From: Octopus sinensis
Taxonomy: Eukaryota
Assembly: GCF_006345805.1 (NCBI RefSeq)
Contig: NC_042997.1
Span: 42,036,001-42,100,000 of the forward strand
Direction of reading: 5' to 3'
DNA length: 64,000 bases
A program made the position numbers and the translations under genes. The notes under the pieces are model-generated. The model was not told where the DNA came from. It searched no databases and saw only the letters and a list, made by a program, of their open reading frames with translations. Below, piece after piece: positions 26,802 through 39,805 of the stretch (position 1 is its first letter; the number at the start of each line of letters is the position of its first letter).

Positions 26802-28607
26802 TTATTTATATTATGTATGTATATGACATATATATATGTCTATATACACACACATACAGATATATATATATATATTTAATTATGCACATTTCTGGTACTG
26901 ATGAGTCAGCTCCATTCTCTCTTTCCTATACGTGTACTTGAATGGGCATATACATCCCCGTTTATGCGCTTTTATAGCTACATACATACAATGTGTATGT
27001 AGATGTGTGAAGACGCGACGTAGAATTCTATGCAATCCAAAAATCGTGAAGATAAATATCTGCTGCGATGTTTCATTTGTTAAGCACACTAAACTATATT
27101 TCTAACAATACTTCATTAGGATATAAAAAATATGACGGGACAAACTATTATAATTTTTTTGTGTTTCATCAACGTTTGATACCATCTGCTTTTAATTACC
27201 CTCTCTTCAGAAACTTTCTTTCTATTATATAAACATTTATACCTATCCGTATATATAGTTACAAACATAAATACTTATTTTTATGTATTATCATACACTC
27301 ACGCTGCCAGCGCAGACACATACATACACACTTATATGACACATACATTTGTATGTGTGCGTTTCCGTATGTACGTATGTTTGTGACATCATATATTGTA
27401 AACACACACGCACACACACAATCTCTTTCTCTTTTTTCTCCTTCCACACACACACACACACACACACGCACACACACAAACACATTCTCTCTGTCTCTCT
27501 CTTAACACACACACACACAGATTCTTCTAAAAGTCTGAGTTTATTAATGTATTAACAGCTGTATTGTCAGTTTATTATTTAATAGTATAAAGAAATATAT
27601 ATAAATGAAGATATCTCAATTATATAATTTTAAAAACTGCTCTCCCTTATGTTTGATAAGTTGAAAAGTGGAATTGAAGCAAACGCATCACTGAAATATA
27701 CGCACACATACAAAAATACAGAAGAAACAAACATGACATATAAGTATATTCAAACGCGTTCATACTTTGAAAGATTAACAGAGAAGCAGATGGTTTGAAC
27801 AAATATTATGAAATATGTTATGTCGTCATTTTTGAAGACAGTTTATCAAAGAAACTAATACTAAAAGAACTAAGGAGAAAGCTTCTATGTGGTCAACCGA
27901 ACTGCTCGAAATAATACCCATATCTCTCTCAGCTCAGAGAAAGAAGAAGAAAAAGAAGAAAAGAAAACAGAATGGTCAAGGCAAGAGTCTTTTGATCACG
28001 TGCTTAAACCAAAGAAAACTTGTGTCTAAACAACAACAGCTACAACAAAAATACAACTGAACTGCCATGTTCAAATCCGAGTTTCATAACTGTCAACCAA
28101 GGTGAAGATCCGACTAATCCATGATAGTAATATAATGGTATCCAAGATGTAAGATAATCCTAGAATTAAGATAGTCCAATATATTGGCTGGAGAGACGTG
28201 GAGAGTCCGAATGAGCGTAGGATAGTAAAGCAAAGCAAATACAAAAAAAAAAACCCCAAAAACAAAACAAAGTCCAAGAATGTCCTTTGAACTTTTGTTG
28301 TTTTTTGTTATGTGTACTGGCTTTGTTTTATACCTGACGCCATCTTAGCTTTTGCCGTTGTTTCTGGGGTTTTTTTTTTTCAGTCCCATGTCAATCCCAA
28401 CAGAGCCGATATATTTTCAGAAGCGTTCTAGCCATGACCGACACGTCTTTCCAGATGGTTTATCTTATGCTACTTTAACATATATCCTTCCCTTTTTATA
28501 TCTAGAAAGATCTGGTTGCTATTTCTAGCAGATCACGCCATTACGTGATGGTTTCCATATTGTTTTTTTGTTGCTGTGCGGCATCACAAAATATGTTAAG
28601 TTAAGTT

Positions 28608-29238
28608 CGGCCCAGTGCGTCCATGCTGCCAACAAAGCACGCGGAGTTCTGTTTTTGATTCGACGATCATTCGGAATGCTCACAGCAGCCATATTCCTAC
28701 TGCTCTATGTCACGCTGGTGAGACCCATATTGGAGTACGGGATTCAAGCCTCTTCTCCTTATTTCCTCAAAGACATACATCATCTCGAAAGAGTCCAGAA
28801 GCTGGCTACCCGCATGGTTCTTGGTCTCAAGCATTTGTCTTATGAAGAAAGGCTGAAGACGCTCGACCTTTATTCTCTAGAAAAACGACGACGCCGTGGT
28901 GATCTCATTCTCGCTCACAACATCATAAGCGGAAAGTGTAACCTCTCGAAAGAGCTGTTCTTCACTCCTGCTCCAGAGCGTCGGCTGCGGGGTCACTCCG
29001 AAAAGCTCTATCTGCGACGATTTCATCTCAATCGAAGGAGAGGGACTTTCTCCGTTCGGGTTGCGGATCCGTGGAATAAGCTGCCAGACGAGATAGTGAA
29101 GATGCCGACGACCGCTTGACCAGAAATGGCCTGAACTCTTTGCATGAACACCCTCCCTGTACATAACTCCATGTCCCCCTACATGGCCTTGCTTTTTGCT
29201 TTTTGAGCCAAAAGATTAACTTAACTTAACTTAACTTA
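28608..29238 (+). mobile_element. CR1-clade LINE 3' fragment with a (TTAAC)n tail
   Basis: LYVTLVRPILEYG, LERVQKLATRMV, YEERLKTLDLYSLEKRRRRGDLI, LRGHSEKL, FSVRVADPWNKLP. Confidence 0.9.
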
Positions 29239-29274
29239 ATAATTAAAAAAATAATAATAATAAAAAGAAAAGGA

Positions 29275-29580
29275 GAAACTTTCAAAATACAAAGACCTGG
29301 AAATAGAAGTAACTCAAATATGGAATCTAAAAACAGAAACAATTCCTATCATAGTAGGTGCATTAGGTATGATAAAAAAATATCCTGACAAATACATAAC
29401 AAAAACATCAGGACTTACAAATATATATAACATACAGAAAATTGCACTACTGGACACTGCACACATCCTACGCAAAGCACTTTCAATACAGTAACCATAA
29501 GAGCATCACAGCACATGCCCAAGGCACACTGAGCTGCGCTCGGTAGTGAAGTGAACGCTATAAAATTAAAACTACTGAAT
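29275..29580 (+). mobile_element. R4/Dong-like element 3' end (post-RLE C-terminus plus 3'UTR) running into (TAA)n
   Basis: KYKDLEIEVTQIWNLKTETIPIIVGALG...IQKIALLDTAHILRKALSIQ; the 3'UTR recurs at 54111-54248. Confidence 0.75.
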
Positions 29581-29762
<182 letters not shown>

Positions 29763-30309
29763 TTTCTTCAGTTTTTTTTTCCATTTCTTGTCGAGTGTCT
29801 TACTATTATTCGATTTTGCCTTTCGGGTTGGTAAAATAAGCATCAGCTGAGCACCGAGGTTGATGTAATCAATTTATCCCCTCCCCGAAAATTGTTGGCC
29901 TTGTGCCAAAATTTGAAACCAGTATTTTACATTCAATACTGTGGTATTGGATCGGCAGATTCGGTAGCACGGTGGGTGAAATCTTTAACGGTATCTATTT
30001 GTCCCTTAACGTTCTAAGTTCAAATTCCAGTCTGCGGCCGATAAACTATAGTACCAGGGAAGTACTACAATCGACAAACAACCTCATAGTAATACAGTTC
30101 TATATTTAAGAGATGAGGAATTATGTACATTATTTATATTTTAATTTATGCTTTTTTCCAACGGTTGTAATGGATCCTCTCACGGACGAGGGCGTGTCCT
30201 GCCCTTTTCGCTACTCTTCTAGCTTTATATGAATCCACTGGTGTCATTATATTCAAGCCAGGTGGTATTAGCTTTGAGTCTCTACATCTACACAGGAAAT
30301 ATCCGTCAA

Positions 30310-30715
30310 TCTTTATATATAAAACTGTAGTTCTGTGAGTGTCTGTCCCCTTCGATTTAGATTCCTAACTACTCCCACATTTTGCGGTGCAGTTTAACCA
30401 AATTCGGGTATCTTATCGTCGTGATTCATATCGAACCCTTCTGGGTATTAGCGTCTAGTATTGTCTACGATGAGTCTACGATTTTAAAAATAATTTACCA
30501 TCATTTTATTCCATTTTAATGCATTTTTTCGCTATTATATAAGGGAAGTAACTCTCTAAAAATGTCTACGATGAGTCAACGATTTAAAAAAAAATTACCA
30601 TCATATTTTTTCCATTTTTAATGCATTTTTTTGCTATTTTTTGGCTATAACTCTCTAAAAATGCTTTATAGTTATTTCCCTTACAAACCCGAGCAACGCC
30701 GGGCGATACTGCTAG
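30310..30715 (+). mobile_element. Non-autonomous Helitron
   Basis: 5' A|TC(T)TTATATATAAA; subterminal hairpin CCCGAGCAACGCCGGG 30688-703; 3' CTAG|T; no TSD; second copy at 57843-58237. Confidence 0.85.
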
Positions 30716-32486
30716 TTGTAAATAATGTAAACCTCATAGTAAATTTCTAGCCTTGTATCTTCATTAGAAATTAGAAGGCGGTTGAGTGACAGAATGATTG
30801 GGGAGCCGGACCAAATAACTTCCGGTTATTTGTTCCGGTTCTTTACGTTGTGAATTCAATTCACGTCAAGATCAACTTTTCCCTTCATCGCTCTGGGGAC
30901 AATAAAATAAAGTACAAGCAACCGTCGCTTCAAAAACAGATATATGATGGATTGAGAAATATGTACTAACCAAAACATTGAAACCACCAATTTCAAATGC
31001 ATACTGTTTTATATGTGAGTCGGATTGTGTCCCCATCATGATGTTTTCTCTACGTTTCGAATGATGTACGTTCCAGCCTCATTCAGGTGTCTTGTGACTC
31101 ACCTTAATGCCTTACCTGGGATTGAACTCAGAACCCCTGATTTACCAAGCTGCATTTCAACGCCTTTATTCACTACGCTATGCTCTTAGTCAATGTGAGA
31201 GTGAATTTTTAAGGCTGATAAACTCCAATTGATGTTTTATGTCGGCTCCGTACCGATTGGATAATACTATTCTCTATTTCTGAGATGGTTATGTATTAGT
31301 CGGAATTGTGTCCTCATTTTTATTGTCTTAGCATACTGTTTTATCTTTCCGTCTCTTAAACAATAGTTTCCTTTCCTCTGAACTAGCAACTATTGCACTA
31401 CCTCTTCTCAAACCAACTTGAATTACGAGCTGTTCCACCTCTTGTCATTCCAGAACCACATAAAACGTTTTTCGCAGTCAATTCTCCCCAAGACTTCAAA
31501 TATAGGCAGAAAAGGAACCCAAGTGGATTTCCTCTCTCAGCCGACGTTTATGGTTTTAAGAGTGAAGCAACCGTTTTGACCTCATCAACAATCTGGGAAG
31601 GTCTGCAAAATTAATGGAAACCACATTTGCTCCGATTAAAAAAATATAAAATAAAATCTTGATTTTCTACCGACTAAAGTCCTTTCATTTAGTATAGAAT
31701 ATAGTAACGGTTATAATTCAACCAAAGTTGGCAAAGTTGGGTAAGCATGTTAATTTCAATCCCATAAGTGTAGCATAGTAGTATATTCAAATTCATTCTT
31801 TTTTTTGTGTGGGTCAGATCTATTATGATTTAGTCTAAATATATTACGAAGAGGTAATTTAAGATTGGGGTGGGAGGAAATGGGATAAAAAAAACAGGAG
31901 TTTAGCGAAAATTAACAAGCAGAAGTCAAACAATTGAAGTAAGAAACAGATGTTTAATGGTTCAGCCACTTCTTTATTTAATCAAATAAGTGCTGTGAAG
32001 ACACCGCAAGTGGTAGGAAGTTACTTCATAAGAACCTAAAGCATGAAATTCACTTTTCAAATCCACCTTTTTAGATATGCACGTCTCACTATGTTAATTC
32101 GAATACACTACATACATAAATATGTATATCTGCACGTTTGTGTAAAAGATTATACGCATATTTAAACATTTTCTAAAAGGATCAAACAAGGAGACTGGCT
32201 GGTATCGTACTGGCTTTGTGGGGGGCTCTACTGCTTTATTGAAGAATGGGGTTTCAGGAGGAAGGGGCTGTTTTTTTATTTTTTATTTTTTAATTTTAAT
32301 TTTTACTTTAGTGCAGGTAAACATATTCATAAATGTAAACAAATACACACACACACACAAAGAGCAGCACACATGCACACATTCGCACGCACGATCACAT
32401 ATACATATATACATACACCATCATACATACACAATCACGCACAGATGCATATCCAATCAAATACACAGAAGCCTCAAATATACAGT

Positions 32487-32693
32487 CACACACAAACACA
32501 TTTAGACAATCACACACAAACACACTTAGACGATCACACACAAACACACTTAGACAATCACACACAAACACACTTAGACGATCACACACAAACACACTTA
32601 GACGATCACACACAAACACACTTAGACAGTCACACACAAACACACTTAGACAGTCACACACAAACACATTTAGACAATCACACACAAACACAC
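32487..32693. repeat. 24-bp minisatellite, ~8.6 units
   Basis: CACACACAAACACA(C/T)TTAGAC(A/G)(A/G)T repeated head to tail. Confidence 0.95.
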
Positions 32694-33524
32694 GGTTAGT
32701 GAAGATTATGAAGAGATGTATCAAACTCGTTCATCATATGAAATTCTTTCTTGGCATTATAGTATCCGTCGTCGGCTCCCCCCCCCTCACACAAATATGT
32801 GGGGATTTCTGTACAACTGGTTTAACACAATACAGGCATATTGGAACTATTAATGTTGTGAATTTTAGAGCAGCAACAGCAACAACAACAACAGGAACAA
32901 GTGAGGAACAGGCATTCTTTTAATATGAAATATATATGTAACGACGAGAGTCGGAGGAGGCTTGGGAGCGCTTTTTTTCTCTTTTGCATACTTTTGTTTT
33001 TATCTCTTTAGGGGAAGACAAAATAAAAATAGAACTTACTCCAAACGCTTTCACACGCAACACAGAACACGCACACGTGTGCGTGTACATGCACACCCAC
33101 GTACACGCAGTCCACTCACACATGTACATAAACATATAATGCAGAACACGTATTCTCCAAGCCATCTACCTCTCTCTTTTTTGTATACACACACACACAC
33201 ACATAAACACATACACACTACACACACATAAACACATACACACATAAACACACTTTCTCTCTCTTTCTCCTACTTCTCCCCTAGCCCCACCCTTATTCTT
33301 TCCCAACATTCTTGTGTCATACACGATAAAATACAGCATGAAGGTTCACACATACATCATCATGAAAGTGTTCGGAGTATTTTAAGTTCCAGAAAGAAGA
33401 GCGCTCTTTTCCTCCTGTTATATAACACCCGTTTCTACACTGATAATTCAAAGCATCTTCCTGAATAATTTCTGGAATAGGAATAATAATAGGACACTCG
33501 GCAAGAAATAGGAAAGAAACTGAA

Positions 33525-33548
33525 GGAATAATGATAATAATAATAATG

Positions 33549-33598
<50 letters not shown>

Positions 33599-33616
33599 TA
33601 TAATAATAATAATAAT

Positions 33617-33667
<51 letters not shown>

Positions 33668-33679
33668 AATAATAATAAT
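33525..33679. repeat. (TAA)n/(CAA)n microsatellite
   Basis: Directly visible; abuts the R4/Dong fragment. Confidence 0.95.
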
Positions 33680-35112
33680 AGTGTTCCACATAATTAGATA
33701 CTCAAGGCCCTTGAAATATATAAGATCTCTTCTGTCATCTCCAAATTCTTACAAGGTAGCCATGGCCAAGTAGAACACACGTCTCCTTCTAAACCATAGT
33801 AATAGGATGAGCCAAACTAACAACATCAGCATCAAACGACTTCCTCTCCCCATTACTCTTTTGTATGACACTGATCCCACACTCAAACGGACTAAATAAC
33901 ACTAGGCATGGGCTCAAAGTTTACAATTCGATAATAAACCATCTGTCTCATATGGACGACCTGAAGCTGTTTGCTAGAAATGACGAAGAGCTAGTAGGGC
34001 AGCTAACAACTGCTCAATAATTCAGCAATGACATCGGGATGGACTTTGGCCTTGATAAGTGCACTAAAGCAACTTTTTAAGAGGCAAGCTCAGGCAAACA
34101 GCTTCAATTAAATTAGATACCGACGCTACCATCAAGAAGCTTGACCCACAGGAGAATTACGAATACCTGGAGATAAACGAAGGAGATGGTATACAACATG
34201 CTACTATGAAGGAAAAAATAAGAAAAGACTATTACAGGAGAATGCGACTCATACTAATAACTGAACTCAACTTCAAAATTTGCATCGAAGCCATTCCAGT
34301 AGTCCAATATAGTTTTGATATCATTAACTGGAATCTTACAGTTAATGTTACAGTCACTCCAACACCTGGACAGGAAAACAAGAAAAATACTAACTTCTAA
34401 GAGCATGCACCACCCAAAAGCAGATGTTGATCGTCTGTACCTACCTAGAAGTAATGGGGAGAAGAGGAATAATGCAGGTAGAACTTTGCTACATGACCTC
34501 CATTATAGCAATGAACAGGTACTTAACTAGTACAGAGGACTGGACGCTGCAACTTGTGTGCAAACACGAAAGCAGCAAAACGTCACATTTGATGGCTAAG
34601 GAAGCTTGAACGTGCAGAAACAAATTGAGAAGCGATGGCGTCAGAAGCCGCTGCATGGACAGAATATACTTCGAAGTCGAAATGCTGACGTAGATTAAAC
34701 AATAACCCGTCAGTGACTGAGATGTTCAGGACCGAAAGTAGAGACTGAAGGTTTCATATTGCTCACAAAAAACAACCTGGCTAAGGTTCTTCAAAACGGT
34801 TCTAACCCTAAATGCAGATTTTACGATACATTTGACGAAACGATAGACCATCTCGTCGCCTTGGGGGTGTCCTGTGCTGACACCAAACGAATATAAAAAT
34901 CGCCACGATAGGGTGGGACAGTATTTACATTGGAAAATATGTAAACACTACAAATTCAGCACTCCTACTCACTGGAATGAACATCATCCTGAGCCAATCG
35001 TTGAAGGTAAAATGTCACTATCTTCTGGGATTTTCCAGTCAGCACTTACAGAAAGATCCAGGCTACTCGACCAGACATAATTATAAAAGACGGGAAAGAA
35101 AATACTTGTAGA
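33680..35112 (+). pseudogene. Degraded R4/Dong-clade ORF (RT through Zn-knuckle to RLE start)
   Basis: SVPH..W, HMDDLKLF, FSNDIGMDFGLDKC, HPKADVDRLYLPR, ETEGF, ETIDHL, RHDRVGQYLHWKICKHY, RPDI; many stops and frameshifts; truncated by SINE C at ~35115. Confidence 0.85.
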
Positions 35113-35114
35113 CT

Positions 35115-35229
35115 AATAGGATGAAAAGCAAAGTCGACCTCGGGGGAATTTGAACTCAGATCGTGCAGACGGACCAAATGCTGCTAAATATTTCGCTCGG
35201 CCTGCTCACGAATCTATCAGCTCGCCGCC
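35115..35229 (-). mobile_element. SINE family C, partial
   Basis: GCAAAGTCGACCTCGGGGGAATTTGAACTCAG. Confidence 0.7.
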
Positions 35230-35230
35230 T

Positions 35231-35277
<47 letters not shown>

Positions 35278-35375
35278 ACAACAATAATAATAATAATAAT
35301 AATAATAACAATAACAATAACAACAACAACAACAACAATAATAATAATAATAACAATAATAATAATGATAATAAC

Positions 35376-35425
<50 letters not shown>

Positions 35426-35472
35426 TAATAATAATAACAATAGTAATAATAATAATAATAATAATAATATAA
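35230..35472. repeat. (CTA)n(AAT/AAC)n microsatellite
   Basis: Directly visible. Confidence 0.95.
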
Positions 35473-35804
35473 TAGATGGGGCAACATAAGCAACGGCTTT
35501 CCTGATATATTATCAGGTCATTACTACTAACTAAGTTGAAAGGATTATAAAAATTCCCCTAATACAGATGACAAATGCGGGCTGTGTGGTATATTTTCTG
35601 AAACAAAACACCCACCTATCAGAAGTTAGCAAAATATACTTGGAGACATAATAACGTAGCAAACTTCCTCTTCATACGCATAGATACACAATTTTCGGTT
35701 CTTTAATAGCAACAAAAGCTCTGTGGTACTCGCATGAATCTCCACCTGCCATTTAAATTGACTATGAAAATATTGTATGGAATTTTAGAATGTATATAAA
35801 TCAC

Positions 35805-36531
35805 TAGATAACATTTCACGAACCTGGCGTGTTGTTTGTTGTCAGTCATTGCTTTCACGACACCTTAAGGAACCATTCTTAGGAAGGTTTGTTAGGAGTG
35901 ATGAGAAGTGGATCCTTTACCATTATGTTAAACGCCGCTGATCGTGGGTCAGTCGAGGAGGAAGACCTGTTCAGCAACCAAGAGGAGGATTTCATCCAAG
36001 GAAGATCATGTTGAGTGTATGGTGGGATGTTGAAGGAATTGTGCATTACGAATTGTTAGACAACAATCAAACAATTACTGCTTAACTTCTACTGTGATCG
36101 ACTTCATCGTTTGAAAACTGCTTTGAACAGAAAGCAGACCTGCTTAGTCAACAGAAAGGGTGTCACATTCCATCATGATAATACTCGTCCTCACAGCTCA
36201 ACTGACCAAAGATCTCTTGGAAGAGCTTGGTTGGGAAATATTGCTTCGTCTTCTATATTCTCCAGACCTTGCTCCTGATTATCACTTGTTTCGGGGACTA
36301 CAGAACATTTGAATGTTCTTAGGTTGACATTAAGAGAAGTTTAAAATGAGTTGGATTTATATATTGCATCAAAACCTAAACAATTTTACAAGCGTGGTAT
36401 TTATAGACTTGTTGAAAGATGGAATGAAGTTCTAGAAAGCAATGGAAATTATGTTAACGAATAAATATTGTCTTTTAAAAATTTTTAATAGAGACCTTAA
36501 AATCGGCCATTACCTTTGCACCAACCTGATA
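35805..36531 (+). mobile_element. mariner (DD34D) transposon relic, 3' half with right TIR
   Basis: SDEKWILY, KIMLSVWWD, HHDNTRPH, YSPDLAP-DYHLF, GIYRLVERW; terminal ATTACCTTTGCACCAACCTGA|TA resembles the mariner TIR (TTAGGTTGGTGCAAAAGTAAT type). Confidence 0.88.
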
Positions 36532-36839
36532 TATATTAAATACGTGCGTGCATTAGCTATGGGCGGGACATCAGTTTCAGATCTCACTCACCAAGAGAAA
36601 TATTTATCTCTCGGTGAGTGCCTGATCCAGATCTGAAACGAAAGCTTCACTTGTAGGGACTATATCCAAATTAAAAAAATTAAATTCTATATTTAAAACG
36701 TATTGAATACTTCATAAAACGGTGATCACTTTAGTGAACGTAAGTAATTTTACATGTATGTAGAAGTACATAAACACATACACACACATACATGCACACA
36801 TAAATACATACATACATATATACATAAAAAGACTGTCCT

Positions 36840-37258
36840 GGATTAATATAGAGAATCCCCCTGCTATTGAATACGTGCACAGATATCAGCACAAAGAAAA
36901 CTGTTGGAACATTCCCATCAAAACACCTGTCTAGTGTAAACATAGACCAGGTATTGTTTTTTGGGACAGACAAGTATGTATTGTCATAGAGGTCAGCTGT
37001 CCTGCTGATGTGAATATCTCATTGAAAATCAAAGAGAAAGAAGAATTATCGACAACTGGTTCGAAACTTCCAGCTTCTATATTTGGATAACAAATTTACA
37101 TTTATTCTAATAATTGGAGCATTTGGTTTTGTAAGTAAATGACTAACTGCCAGTCAGAATAAGCTTGGATTTTTAGAAAAAGAAAACCAGCCAACTGATT
37201 CGCACATTACAAATGCAACCTGTAAGTGGAACGATAAAACTCTGCAAGACTTTGTTTT
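36840..37258 (+). pseudogene. RLE-type non-LTR retrotransposon C-terminal fragment (R2-superfamily, clade uncertain)
   Basis: RP(D)I-like motif, then IEVSCPADVNISLKIKEKE...YRQL, IIGA(F)GFV, GTIKLCKT; frameshifted. Confidence 0.65.
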
Positions 37259-37351
37259 CGTTGTCTTACTACCAAAGATGGAACTTTGTTAGAAACCAGC
37301 TCCTTCTTCAGAGGAAGAATTTAAATAATTAAAAACAGAAGAGACATACTT

Positions 37352-37372
37352 ACACACACACACACACACACA

Positions 37373-37431
<59 letters not shown>

Positions 37432-37646
37432 TACACGCACGCGTGCGCATTTATAATAGGCAGAAAGTTGCAAAAGTGACTCGTGGACCATGAGATTCGT
37501 GCATGGTTATGCACGAAACTCTCATTACTCGAGTCATGAGAATGACTCGAGTCGACTAAAAGAAATAAATATATACATAAGTTTACTTTCTATTTTTTCC
37601 GTTTTTCTATAAAATGTCTGTCTATCTATCTGTCTGTCTGTCTGTC

Positions 37647-37743
<97 letters not shown>

Positions 37744-37965
37744 GACAGACAGACAGACAGATAGATAGACAGACTTTTTATAGAACAACCGGAAAAATAG
37801 AAAGTAATACTTATGTATATATATTTATTTCTTTTAGTCGACTCGAGTCATTCTCATGACTCGAGTAATGAGAGTTTCGTGCATAACCATGCACGAATCT
37901 CATGGTCCACGAGTCACTTTTGCAACTTTCTGCCTATTATAAATGCGCACGCGTGCGTGTATGTA

Positions 37966-38051
<86 letters not shown>
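37352..38051. repeat. ~700-bp palindrome centred on a (TA)n tract
   Basis: 37441-37570 is the exact reverse complement of ~37822-37953; the flanking (CA)n/(TG)n, the (GTCT)n/(AGAC)n and an interrupting TACA/TGTA are all mirrored; centre ~37697. Confidence 0.95.
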
Positions 38052-38057
<6 letters not shown>

Positions 38058-38597
38058 CATATACACACACAGAGACATACACGCCCAAACGCGTATATGT
38101 ATGAATGTGAATCTATTTTCATCCAGTAACCTTCAAACAATTTTTAAAATATGTGTCTGGCATGGTAACGGAAACATCACAGGGTTTCCGTTACGGAAAT
38201 CAGAAATCAGAACGGAATTTAGACTGAAGTTGATGATATTTTATTACAAGGGTTCTGAACTATCTTTTTAAATGTATTTCCGTTATTTATAAATCACTAG
38301 TAAAACTGAAAAAAATTATTATTTAAATATAGTCTGTATAACAAACATTTTGTACTTCTTTTTGTACCTATTTTTGTGGACAGTTCTTTTATTTGTTGCA
38401 GTCATTGAACTCGGATATGCTGTAGGGGGAGGGGGGTTCTACCACCAAGGGTTTTAAGGGAGCAAATTTATCCCAGTACTTATTTTCTAATTCTGATACT
38501 TATTCTGTGGACCTAATACCCGAACCGCTAAGTCACGGAGACGTAAACAAACCAACACCAGCTGGTGGGGGAGCGACACAAAGGCACGCACACGTGC

Positions 38598-38652
<55 letters not shown>

Positions 38653-38695
38653 GTATATATATATTATATATGTATTATATATATATAAAGGGTAA

Positions 38696-39023
38696 AGACC
38701 CCCTTCGGTCATGATGACCATGGGATGGTACCTAGAAAGTTCCCTCCTAGACACAAGTCCGGGCACGGTTGTTTATGGAAGACAGCAGTCGCCCATGCAT
38801 ACCAGCCTCCCCTCTCCCGCCACCAGTGTTATCCAAGGGAAAGACAAATGCCGCTACAGCTTGGCACCTGTGACGTCCGCAACTCATTTCTACAGCTGAG
38901 TGAACTGAAGCACGTGAAATAAAGCGCCTTGCTCGAGAACACACACGCAGCCCGGTCCGGGATTCGAGCTCACAACTTCACGATCGTAAGCTCGACGCTC
39001 TAACCACTGAGCCATGCGCCTTC

Positions 39024-39025
<2 letters not shown>
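38696..39025 (-). mobile_element. SINE family B
   Basis: Matches 19401-19738. Confidence 0.9.
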
Positions 39026-39073
<48 letters not shown>

Positions 39074-39095
39074 ATGTATATTATATATATATGTA

Positions 39096-39142
<47 letters not shown>

Positions 39143-39176
39143 TATATTATATATATATATATATATATATGTATTA

Positions 39177-39337
39177 CGAGCTTCTTTCAGTTTCCGGTTA
39201 CCAAAGCTATACACAAGGCTTGGTCGCCTCGGGGTGATAACAGAAGACACTTACCCAAGGTGCCGCGCAGTAGGACTGAACCCAAGACCATATAGTTGGG
39301 GAGCAGGCTTAATATCCACGCAGTCACGTCTGCGTCT
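39177..39337 (-). mobile_element. SINE family D head plus CORE-like part
   Basis: CACTTACCCAAGGTGCCGCGCAGTAGGACTGAACCC. Confidence 0.75.
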
Positions 39338-39354
39338 AGAAAATATTCTAGAAA

Positions 39355-39805
39355 ATGTTGCTCTGAAATGGTTTTGGATGTCGTAGATAGAGACTGAGCT
39401 TATGGTAACATTGTTGTTGTTGCTGCTTCTGTTTACCTCCAGCTCAACTCTGATTAAATTCATTGATAACCGAAAGCATTCCAGCCATGACCATTCCATT
39501 CCTTTTAAAAGAATGGCGAGGACTACATTATCCAGTGTGTTCTTTTTTTTCATTTAAGATGTTAAGACGTTTCAGAGGGACATTTGGCTGCTCTTCTTTG
39601 GAGGTTGTGGAAAAAAGTTCTGAAATGATTTTAGATGTCGTAGATAAAGACTAAGATTATGCTTACATTGTCGTTATTATTGTTGCTGCTGTTGTTGTTT
39701 ATCCCCAGCTCAACTCTGATTAAACTCATTGATAACCAAAAACATTCCAGCCATGACCATTCCATTTTTTTAAAGGAATGGTGAGGACGTATAATCTCCA
39801 TTGTG
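39355..39805. repeat. Diverged ~260-bp tandem duplication
   Basis: CTGAAATG...GATGTCGTAGATA...CCAGCTCAACTCTGATTAAA...CATTCCAGCCATGACCATTCCATT at ~39362-39500 and ~39620-39770. Confidence 0.8.

Noticed and set aside
29216-29238. Interstitial telomere-like repeat
   Set aside because: (TTAAC)n is the CR1 tail, not TTAGG or TTAGGG.
32373-32699. HTQTHLD(N/D/S) repeat protein or CRISPR-like array
   Set aside because: It is a 24-bp head-to-tail minisatellite derived from CA repeats, with no unique spacers and no cas genes.
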